Shown piece after piece: positions 16,367 to 24,220 of a DNA stretch of 64,000 bases. The translations under genes and the position numbers were made by a program. Every line of letters starts with the position of its first letter. The stretch's first letter is position 1. The notes beneath the pieces were generated by a model. It was not told the origin of the DNA. It saw only the letters and a list, made by a program, of their open reading frames with translations, and searched no databases. This stretch comes from an uncultured Bacteroides sp. (lineage in GTDB: Bacteria > Bacillota > Clostridia > Christensenellales > CAG-917), in contig CAZCKS010000002.1 in the NCBI GenBank assembly GCA_964499325.1, forward strand, positions 59 to 64,058, given 5' to 3'.

Positions 16367-18982
16367 TTAAATCTCTGTATGTTTGCCGTAGTAGGCGTTG
16401 AGATACATTTGTTTAATCTCGCTCATAAGCGGATATCTGGGGTTTGCGCCTGTGCATTGGTCGTCAAACGCTTGCTCCACCATATCGTCGAGACGTGCAA
16501 GGAAATCTGCCTCGTCCGGGACGTAATCCTTGATGGTCGGCTTGATACCGACTCTTGCCTTCAACTCGTCGATAGCCTTGATGAGATTGTTAAGTTTATC
16601 TTGATTGTTCTTGCCCTTGATGCCGAGATAGTCTGCGACTTCTGCGTATCTTTCAAGAGTATGCGGATATGCGTATTGTGGGAATGTACCCATCTTGACA
16701 GGAGTTTCGCATGCATTGAAGCGGAGCACTTCGTCAATCATAAGCGCGTTTGCAACACCGTGCGGGAGGTGATGGAATGCGCCGAGTTTGTGTGCCATAG
16801 AGTGGCATACGCCGAGGAATGCGTTTGCAAACGCCATACCTGCCATTGTTGCGGCATTTGCCATCTTCTCTCTTGCGACAGGATCGTTGGGACCGTTGTC
16901 GTATGCTCTGGGGAGATACTCGAATATCATCTTGAGCGAACGCATTGCAAGACCGTCCGTATAATCGGTTGCGAGCATTGCAGCGATTGCCTCGAGAGCG
17001 TGCGTGACTGCGTCGATGCCGCTGGCGGCGGTAAGTCCCTTCGGCGCACTCATGTGGAAGTCTGCATCGATGATTGCCATGTTCGGCATAAGTTCATAGT
17101 CTGCAAGCGGATATTTTACGCCCGTTTTCTCGTCCGTGATAACTGCAAACGGCGTAACTTCGGAGCCTGTACCTGCGGATGTCGGCACTGCGATGAAGTA
17201 TGCCTTTTCGCCCATCTTGGGGAAGGTGTACACTCTCTTTCTGATATCCACAAAGCGCATTGCCATATCCATAAAGTCGACTTCGGGATGCTCGTACATA
17301 ACCCACATAATCTTACCTGCGTCCATTGCAGAACCGCCGCCGAGAGCGATGATGCAGTCTGGCTTGAACGCTTTCATTTGAGCGGCACCCTCTTTTGCGC
17401 ATGCGAGCGTCGGATCGGGAGCAACGTCAAAGAACGTGGTGTGTTGGATGCCCATTTCGTCAAGTTTGTCCGTGATGGGTTTTGTATATCCGTTGTTGTA
17501 CAAGAAACTGTCTGTTACGATAAACGCTTTCTTCTTGCCCATAACGGTTTTGAGTTCGTCAAGAGCAACGGGCAAGCAACCCTTCTTCATATACACCTTT
17601 TGAGGCGCTCTGAACCAAAGCATATTTTCTCTCCTTTGAGCAACTGTTTTGATATTAATCAAGTGTTTTACTCCGACGTTTTCAGATACGGAGTTTCCGC
17701 CCCAAGAACCGCAACCGAGGGTAAGAGACGGAGCAAGTTTGAAGTTGTAGAGGTCGCCGATACCGCCTTGAGATGACGGAGTATTGACGAGAATACGGCA
17801 AGTTTTCATTCTTGATGCAAACTCATCGATTTTGTCTCTTTGCGTAACTGCGTCGAGATAAATGGACGAGGTGTGTCCATATCCGCCGTCTGCAACGAGA
17901 CGCTCTGCTTTTTCAAATGCGTCGTTAATATCTTTTGCTCTGTACATAGCAAGTACAGGAGAGAGTTTTTCGTGTGCAAATTCCTCGCTAATATCAACGC
18001 TTTCTACTTCGCCGATAAGGATTTTGCTCTTTTCAGGCACGTCAAAGCCCGCAAGTTTTGCAATCGTAACAGGTTTTTGTCCAACGATTTTTGCATTGAG
18101 TGCGCCGTTGATAAGGATTGTCTTGCGCACTTTTTCAGTTTGCTCGTCGTCGAGGAAATAGCAACCTCTGTCAGCAAATTCTTTCTTAACGGCATCGTAT
18201 ACGCCGTCAAGAACGATAACTGATTGTTCGCTTGCGCAAATCATACCGTTATCAAACGTCTTGGAGTGAATGATTGAGTTGACTGCAACTTGGATGTCTG
18301 CAGTGTCGTCGATGATTGCAGGAGTGTTGCCTGCGCCAACGCCGAGTGCCGGCTTACCGCTGGAATATGCCGCTTTAACCATTCCGGGACCGCCCGTTGC
18401 CAAAATGATGTCCGCTTCTTTCATAAGAAGGTTGGTCATCTCAAGGCTGGGAATGTCAATCCAGTCAATGATGTTTTCGGGAGCACCTGCCTCCACTGCC
18501 GCTTGAAGGACAACTTTTGCCGCTTCGATAGTTGCTTTTTTCGCTCTGGGGTGAGGGCTGATGATAATGCCGTTTCTCGTCTTGAGCGCAATAAGCGTCT
18601 TGAAAATTGCCGTGGATGTCGGGTTGGTGGTGGGGATAACTGCGGCGATAAGACCGATAGGTTCGGCAATCTTGATTGTGCCAAACGCCTTATCCTCTTC
18701 AATTATACCACAAGTTTTGGTATTTTTGTAGGCATTATAGATATATTCCGATGCAAAATGATTTTTTATCACTTTGTCCTCGACAATGCCCATACCCGTT
18801 TCTTCAACGGCAAGTTTTGCAAGCGGTATTCTCATCTTGTTTGCGGCGGTTGCTGCTGCAAAGAAAATTTTGTCCACTTGCTCTTGAGTGTAGGTCGAAT
18901 ACTCTTTTTGAGCCTTGCGCACAAGTGCGATTGCTTCTTCGAGTTTTTCCACTCCGTCAACAATGCGGTTTCTTGCTTCCAT
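16367..18982 (-). CDS. adhE: bifunctional acetaldehyde-CoA / alcohol dehydrogenase
   Basis: It is 871 aa, with an N-terminal ALDH domain and a C-terminal iron-ADH domain (ALGGGSAMDAGK, HSMAHKLG). The ATG follows an AGGAGAA SD. Confidence 0.96.
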   Translation of the reverse strand: MEARNRIVDGVEKLEEAIALVRKAQKEYSTYTQEQVDKIFFAAATAANKMRIPLAKLAVEETGMGIVEDKVIKNHFASEYIYNAYKNTKTCGIIEEDKAFGTIKIAEPIGLIAAVIPTTNPTSTAIFKTLIALKTRNGIIISPHPRAKKATIEAAKVVLQAAVEAGAPENIIDWIDIPSLEMTNLLMKEADIILATGGPGMVKAAYSSGKPALGVGAGNTPAIIDDTADIQVAVNSIIHSKTFDNGMICASEQSVIVLDGVYDAVKKEFADRGCYFLDDEQTEKVRKTILINGALNAKIVGQKPVTIAKLAGFDVPEKSKILIGEVESVDISEEFAHEKLSPVLAMYRAKDINDAFEKAERLVADGGYGHTSSIYLDAVTQRDKIDEFASRMKTCRILVNTPSSQGGIGDLYNFKLAPSLTLGCGSWGGNSVSENVGVKHLINIKTVAQRRENMLWFRAPQKVYMKKGCLPVALDELKTVMGKKKAFIVTDSFLYNNGYTKPITDKLDEMGIQHTTFFDVAPDPTLACAKEGAAQMKAFKPDCIIALGGGSAMDAGKIMWVMYEHPEVDFMDMAMRFVDIRKRVYTFPKMGEKAYFIAVPTSAGTGSEVTPFAVITDEKTGVKYPLADYELMPNMAIIDADFHMSAPKGLTAASGIDAVTHALEAIAAMLATDYTDGLAMRSLKMIFEYLPRAYDNGPNDPVAREKMANAATMAGMAFANAFLGVCHSMAHKLGAFHHLPHGVANALMIDEVLRFNACETPVKMGTFPQYAYPHTLERYAEVADYLGIKGKNNQDKLNNLIKAIDELKARVGIKPTIKDYVPDEADFLARLDDMVEQAFDDQCTGANPRYPLMSEIKQMYLNAYYGKHTEI

Positions 18983-19067
18983 TTTTCACATTCTCCTGTT
19001 CGATTTATCAAAATTTTTAGTTATCGATTATTTTGTTTTGTATATTCGATAACGATTTATCGATATA

Positions 19068-19096
19068 ATTCTATCTAAAACGCTTATTCTTGTCAA
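19068..19096 (-). promoter_or_regulatory. putative adhE promoter
   Basis: On the minus strand: TTGACA (19091-19096), a 17-nt spacer, then TAGAAT (19068-19073). Confidence 0.55.
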
Positions 19097-19235
19097 CGAA
19101 TTTACACCTGTATTTATATGGAATTTTCCAACACAAAAAGAAAATTGTGTTATTATAATATATAATAAAGCAATTAAGAGATATTATCAACCAAATATTT
19201 ATTGTTTTAAATTCCAAACACCTAAATTTACGTTA

Positions 19236-19264
19236 TTGACACAACGCCCCGTCTATGCTACAAT
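19236..19264 (+). promoter_or_regulatory. putative promoter of the ATPase leader
   Basis: TTGACA (19236-19241), a 17-nt spacer, then TACAAT (19259-19264). Confidence 0.6.
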
Positions 19265-19350
19265 ATTTTTAATAAGGGAGTAATCGGCACCTTTGGTGTA
19301 GTAAAACCGCTAACACGAGCACTGCGCTTCGGTTTTATTTTGAATGATGA

Positions 19351-19380
19351 GACTTATCCGTTGGGATAAGTCTTTTTTAT
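19351..19380 (+). terminator. intrinsic terminator inside the 5' leader of the P-type ATPase gene
   Basis: GACTTATCC-GTTG-GGATAAGTC forms a perfect 9-bp stem followed by TTTTTTAT. It lies about 100 nt upstream of the ATG at 19478. Confidence 0.7.
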
Positions 19381-19477
19381 TTAGGTGAATTGCACTTACA
19401 CATGCAACATCTAAATAAGCACACACGGCGCATAACCTTATTGTATGCAATAAACACTATTATATAAGGAGTATCAA

Positions 19478-22162
19478 ATGAAAGAGTACGCACAAAGTGT
19501 AATCGACACTCTAAATGACGTGCAATCTTCAGAAAACGGTTTGACCTCACAAGAGGCAAACTCGAGGCTGGAATCCTATGGCAAAAACAAACTTGCCGAA
19601 GGCAAAAAAGAGCCTATGATTCTGCGCTTTCTCAAACAGTTTATCGAACCGATGACGCTTATCCTCATCGTTGCCGCGGTAATCTCGGGCGTGATGTCGG
19701 GTATCAATCACGAATTCCCCTCCGACGTCATCATCATTATGGCAGTTGTCATAATCAACGCTGTTTTGGGTGTTTTGCAGGAGAGCAAAGCGGAAAAGGC
19801 AATCGATGCTCTACAGGAAATTGCCGCCGCCACGTCAAAGGTTATTCGCGACGGACACATAGTTGTCATAAGAAGCGAAGACCTCGTGCCGGGCGATGTC
19901 ATAGTGCTCGAAGCGGGTGACGCCGTACCTGCCGACGCAAGAATTATCGAATGCGCAAGTATGAAAATCGAAGAGGCTGCACTTACCGGCGAATCCGTAC
20001 CCGTCATTAAAACCGCTGACATCATAGACGCTCCCGGCGGAGATGTCCCTCTCGGCGACAGAAAAAACATGGCGTTTATGGGAAGCACCGTCGTGTACGG
20101 TCGTGGAAAAGCGGTTATCACATCTACGGGTATGAATACTGAAATGGGCAAAATCGCCACCGCACTCACCACGGCAAAAGAAGGCAAAACACCTTTGCAA
20201 CAAAAGTTGTCCGGATTAAGCAAAATACTCACTTATATGGTTATAGGTATTTGCGTTGTCATATTTGCGGTAAGTCTAATCCGCGCAGGCGTTGACGGAA
20301 CGCTCAAAGCAGACATCGCAGGCACTATTCTCAATACGTTTATGATTGCGGTATCCCTTGCCGTTGCGGCTATCCCCGAAGGACTTGCGACTGTTGTCAC
20401 GATAGTACTTTCTATCGGCGTAACAAATATGTCCAAACGCAATGCGATTATCCGCAAACTCACCGCTGTTGAAACTCTCGGTTGTACACAAATAATCTGC
20501 TCGGACAAAACAGGCACTCTCACTCAAAACAAAATGACTGTTGTCGAACACTACGGCGACGATGAAAACTTGCTTGCCAACGCAATGTCGCTTTGCTCGG
20601 ATGCAGAATATGACATCGAAACAGGCGAGGCAACAGGCGAGCCGACAGAGTGTGCTCTTGTCAACTATGCCTCTACGCTCTCCCTTGACAAAAACGAGCA
20701 AAAGTTGCTCTTCCCTCGCATAGGCGAAATCCCGTTTGACTCTATGCGCAAAATGATGACCACAGTTCACAAGGGAAAAGACGGAATAATTCAATACACA
20801 AAGGGCGCGCCCGACGAGATTATTAAGCGTTGCTCACACGTGCTTGAGAACGGACAAATCGTTGCTATAACCGATGAAAAGCGCGAGGAAATTCTCACTC
20901 AAAACAAGGCAATGGCGGACAAGGCTTTGCGCGTGCTTGCGGTTGCTCAAAAACTGCTGGACTGTGCACCTGCTGAATACTCCCCGGAACTTGTTGAAAC
21001 GGATATGTGCTTTGTAGGACTTGTGGGCATGATAGACCCCGTTCGTCCCGAAGTATTGCCCGCAATCGAAGAGTGTCGCAAAGCCGGCATTCGCCCCGTT
21101 ATGATTACCGGCGACCACAGAGACACTGCTATCGCAATCGCAATGCAACTGGGGATAATATCCGATGCCTCACAAGCAATAACGGGTGCGGAACTCGATA
21201 AAATCAGCGACGAAGACTTTGCAAACGACGTTGAAAAATACTCGGTATACGCTCGCGTGCAACCCGAACATAAAACTCGCATCGTCAACGCTTGGCGCGC
21301 AAAAGGCTATATCACCGCTATGACCGGCGACGGTGTAAACGACGCTCCGTCAATCAAAAATGCGGACATCGGCGTGGGTATGGGCATTACAGGTACGGAC
21401 GTTACCAAAAATGTTGCGGATATGATTCTTGCAGACGACAACTTTGCAACAATCGTTTCGGCGGCGGGAGAAGGTAGACGTATATATGACAACATCCGCA
21501 AGGCAATACAATTCTTGCTCGCATCAAACCTCTCCGAGGTGCTGTCCATTTTTGTGGCAACCCTGCTCGGATTTACGATATTCAAGCCAGCACACTTGCT
21601 GTGGATAAACCTCATCACGGACTGCTTCCCTGCGCTTGCACTCGGTATGGAAGCCCCCGAAAAGGACATCATGAGCCGTCCGCCGAGAAACTCCAAAGAC
21701 GGTATCTTTGCAGGCGGCATGGGCGGTGCAATCGCATATCAAGGCATATTCCTCACGGCAATAACTATTGCATCCTACTTTATCGGTAGCGAAGTAATTG
21801 CAAAAATGCCACAACATATATCTGCGACCTATTCGCCGGCAGACGTAGGCTCGTCAATGGCATTCCTCACGCTGTCTATGGCGGAGATATTCCACGCATT
21901 CAACATGCGCTCCTTGCACGGATCGATATTCACGATCAAGAAACAAAACGTATGGCTCTGGGGCGCGGGCGTGTTGTCGCTGTTGCTCACAACTATAGTT
22001 GTGGAAATCCCATTCCTTGCAAACGCCTTTGAACTGGCACAACTCGACCTCGTAGAATATGCAATCGCACTTGCGCTTTCAGTAAGCGTAATCCCTCTTG
22101 TGGAACTTGTAAAAGTTATTGCACACGCTATCCGCAAAAAGAAAGGAATAGTTTTAAGTTAA
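19478..22162 (+). CDS. cation-transporting P-type ATPase, Ca2+(/Mn2+)-type (P2)
   Basis: Motifs are TGES, CSDKTGTLTQNKM, AIPEGLATVVT, MITGDH and TGDGVNDAPSIK. It is 894 aa with an AAGGAG SD. Confidence 0.92.
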   Translation: MKEYAQSVIDTLNDVQSSENGLTSQEANSRLESYGKNKLAEGKKEPMILRFLKQFIEPMTLILIVAAVISGVMSGINHEFPSDVIIIMAVVIINAVLGVLQESKAEKAIDALQEIAAATSKVIRDGHIVVIRSEDLVPGDVIVLEAGDAVPADARIIECASMKIEEAALTGESVPVIKTADIIDAPGGDVPLGDRKNMAFMGSTVVYGRGKAVITSTGMNTEMGKIATALTTAKEGKTPLQQKLSGLSKILTYMVIGICVVIFAVSLIRAGVDGTLKADIAGTILNTFMIAVSLAVAAIPEGLATVVTIVLSIGVTNMSKRNAIIRKLTAVETLGCTQIICSDKTGTLTQNKMTVVEHYGDDENLLANAMSLCSDAEYDIETGEATGEPTECALVNYASTLSLDKNEQKLLFPRIGEIPFDSMRKMMTTVHKGKDGIIQYTKGAPDEIIKRCSHVLENGQIVAITDEKREEILTQNKAMADKALRVLAVAQKLLDCAPAEYSPELVETDMCFVGLVGMIDPVRPEVLPAIEECRKAGIRPVMITGDHRDTAIAIAMQLGIISDASQAITGAELDKISDEDFANDVEKYSVYARVQPEHKTRIVNAWRAKGYITAMTGDGVNDAPSIKNADIGVGMGITGTDVTKNVADMILADDNFATIVSAAGEGRRIYDNIRKAIQFLLASNLSEVLSIFVATLLGFTIFKPAHLLWINLITDCFPALALGMEAPEKDIMSRPPRNSKDGIFAGGMGGAIAYQGIFLTAITIASYFIGSEVIAKMPQHISATYSPADVGSSMAFLTLSMAEIFHAFNMRSLHGSIFTIKKQNVWLWGAGVLSLLLTTIVVEIPFLANAFELAQLDLVEYAIALALSVSVIPLVELVKVIAHAIRKKKGIVLS

Positions 22163-22174
22163 TCCAACACAAAA

Positions 22175-22201
22175 ACAAGCGCCGACGGCGCTTGTTTTTA
22201 T
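22175..22201 (+). terminator. intrinsic terminator of the ATPase gene
   Basis: The hairpin ACAAGCGCC-GAC-GGCGCTTGT is followed by TTTTTA, 13 nt after the stop. Confidence 0.8.
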
Positions 22202-22225
22202 AGTGCGTTAACCTTTAATTTCAAT

Positions 22226-22494
22226 TTCCCCTTTCCTCACGTGTTTTCCCTACCGCCGTTCCCCCTCTCGACAAGCGAAGGGACCCACGGCGTCCGCTCC
22301 GCGGGGGACAACACGGCGCGGTTGCGGTTCGCAACCGCTATACGTTGCCCTTTTGGCAACCATCGGCTCTCGCCCGTATGACATTTCTCTCATTATGCCA
22401 CTGCGCACACTGCGCAAGCCACGCAACAACACTGCTGTGTGCTTGTACTGCCATCTCGGCTCGGCGCTCCAAGTGCTCGGCGCCGTTGCGCCTC
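22226..22494 (+). repeat. GC-rich repeat copy A (left arm of inverted pair flanking the esterase gene)
   Basis: It aligns to the reverse complement of 23791-24015. A 33-nt identical run lies at 22437-22469 = rc(23815-23847). A 14-nt identical terminal run lies at 22233-22246 = rc(23994-24007). A 15-nt run lies at 22254-22268. Confidence 0.85.
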
Positions 22495-22514
22495 GTGTTC
22501 CGTCTTCGAACAAA

Positions 22515-23741
22515 CTACTCTATCGTTAAAATTTCCCTTTCATTCCAATTAGTGTATTTATCCGTATTCGGGTTGCCGGTCTTTGCAAAGGCGCAATAGC
22601 GCGCTCGAATTTCCTTTGCGAGGCGCTCGTCGTTTTCATCGAATTTGCGCCAACCGTGCTGTTCAAGCCCGAAAATATACCAGAGGTCGCAACTGTGAAA
22701 TGCGCCCTTGTTATCCCCCGGTAAATCGTGATAAAAATGCGTAAGCCACATTTGTCCGTTTGCTTTTTTACGCCATTTTTGCGCTTGTCTTTCAAGATAA
22801 CCTTTTAGCAAGTCGTCCTTTGTCACGCTGATTATGCAGGGCATTTGCCTGTCCTCATAAGCGGATTTGTACAAATCTTTGCGCACGATTTTGCCGTCAA
22901 AAACAGGCATTGTGCATATAAGCGAGCGCACAATGCTCTTCTTACTCGCCCTGCGCCAAGCAAGAAATACATCTCTATAATCCGCCGTGCGAATGTCCCC
23001 TTCTCCCCTTTTTGCGAGGTCCTTGCGTATGCTGTTGAAAAACCTCTTGGAAAGAATTAAAGACTTTGGTGCAAACAAGCCCGATACCGTTGCGCCTGAC
23101 AACATAATCGCGCGCTTTACCATATCTTTCACTTCGGGCAAAAGAATGAGGTTTTGTATGGATATTGCGCCTGCGCTTTGCCCCATAAGCGTGATATTAT
23201 CAGGGTCTCCGCCAAGCAAACGCGCATATTTTTTGAGCCACTTGATGGCACAAATCATATCGTAAAAGGCAAGATTGCTGACGTTTTCGTCGCAATAATA
23301 TCCGAATATATTGTGTCGATAGTTTGCACACACGCACATAACGCCCTCCCGCGCAAGATACTGACCGTCGAAAGGCTTTTCATCACTCGAACACGTTGTA
23401 AATCCTCCGCCGTGTATAAACAAAATTATAGGCAAATTCTCTCCGCCCTTTGGCGCATATACGTTGAGATTGAGGCAATCTTCGCTATACTTAAAATTCA
23501 ACCCCTTGCGGAACTCGTTGTAATAAAAGGTGTTTTTTGATGCGCTCTCGTCAAAAAATTGTCTGTCTTGCGGGCAACAGTTGCCATACGTCGTAGCATA
23601 TACCTCGTCTTCCATATCATGCAAAACGGGCTGTTCAAACCTCTTTGCATCGGCAAACTTGACGCCTAAAAACGCCACTGTATCGCCCCTATCCAAGCCG
23701 ATAATTTTGTGATTGTTTTTGTTGATAATATAATTTTCCAT
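22515..23741 (-). CDS. carboxylesterase type-B family alpha/beta hydrolase
   Basis: It has the oxyanion motif ILFIHGGGFT and the nucleophile elbow LMGQSAGAIS. At 408 aa it is shorter than typical PnbA-like enzymes. Confidence 0.8.
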   Translation of the reverse strand: MENYIINKNNHKIIGLDRGDTVAFLGVKFADAKRFEQPVLHDMEDEVYATTYGNCCPQDRQFFDESASKNTFYYNEFRKGLNFKYSEDCLNLNVYAPKGGENLPIILFIHGGGFTTCSSDEKPFDGQYLAREGVMCVCANYRHNIFGYYCDENVSNLAFYDMICAIKWLKKYARLLGGDPDNITLMGQSAGAISIQNLILLPEVKDMVKRAIMLSGATVSGLFAPKSLILSKRFFNSIRKDLAKRGEGDIRTADYRDVFLAWRRASKKSIVRSLICTMPVFDGKIVRKDLYKSAYEDRQMPCIISVTKDDLLKGYLERQAQKWRKKANGQMWLTHFYHDLPGDNKGAFHSCDLWYIFGLEQHGWRKFDENDERLAKEIRARYCAFAKTGNPNTDKYTNWNEREILTIE

Positions 23742-23790
23742 AGTTTTACAAATTTGCTATCGTGCAATTATATGCTTATTTAAAGAGTTG

Positions 23791-24015
23791 GAGGCGCAAG
23801 GCGCCGACCGTGGCGAGCGCCGAGCCGAGATGGCAGTACAAGCACACAAGCAATGTTGTTGCGAAGCCTGTGTAGTGTGCGCAGTGACATAACGGGAGAA
23901 CTGTCCCACGGGCGAGAGCCGAGTGTGTCCCCCTGCGGAGCAGGCGCCGAGGGTTCCCTCAAGTTTTACGCAGAGGGGGAACGGCGATTGGGGAAACACG
24001 TGAGGAAGGGGGAAG
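23791..24015 (-). repeat. GC-rich repeat copy B (right arm of inverted pair)
   Basis: It is the reverse-complement homologue of 22226-22494 and lacks the roughly 50-nt double-hairpin insert present in copy A. Confidence 0.85.
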
Positions 24016-24220
24016 TTTTTATTTAGTTTTTCTCGCGCTCACTCTATTGGGCGAACGCTGGATTCTTCGGCTACGCTCAGAATGACAAGGATTATTTTGT
24101 AAAATGCGGTATTGGGATGAAGAGCAAGGAAATGTCTGTCCGCTACAAAACCAAGCGTACAAATAGTACGCGATTTTGGAGCGGACAGCATTGACGATGC
24201 TATTCGCTCAATAACGCATT

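Noticed and set aside
16313-17776. A 487-aa plus-strand ORF lies opposite adhE.
   Set aside because: It is fully nested antisense to a confidently identified adhE. Its Cys/His/Val-rich translation resembles no protein, so it is a shadow ORF.
19265-19350. The ATPase leader might belong to the yybP-ykoY (Mn2+) or fluoride (crcB) riboswitch classes.
   Set aside because: Only short word similarities are present (GGGAGUA, AAAACCGC, GAAUGAUGA). The length and helix arrangement do not fit what I remember of either consensus. It is kept as an unclassified candidate only.
22226-22494. The inverted repeats might be integron attC sites or a phase-variation invertible promoter switch.
   Set aside because: There are no GTTRRRY / RYYYAAC core sites at the ends and no integrase or invertase gene nearby. 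The arms are much longer than typical attC sites or invertase IRs and flank a whole ORF rather than a promoter.
22250-22599. ORFs lie inside the GC-rich inverted repeats: 22250..22513 (-), 22345..22599 (+) and, in the other arm, 23757..23999 (-).
   Set aside because: They overlap each other on opposite strands and lack SD and clean starts. The two repeat copies differ by indels that are not multiples of three (a single extra T and a roughly 50-nt insert). Conservation is therefore at the nucleotide level, not the protein level.
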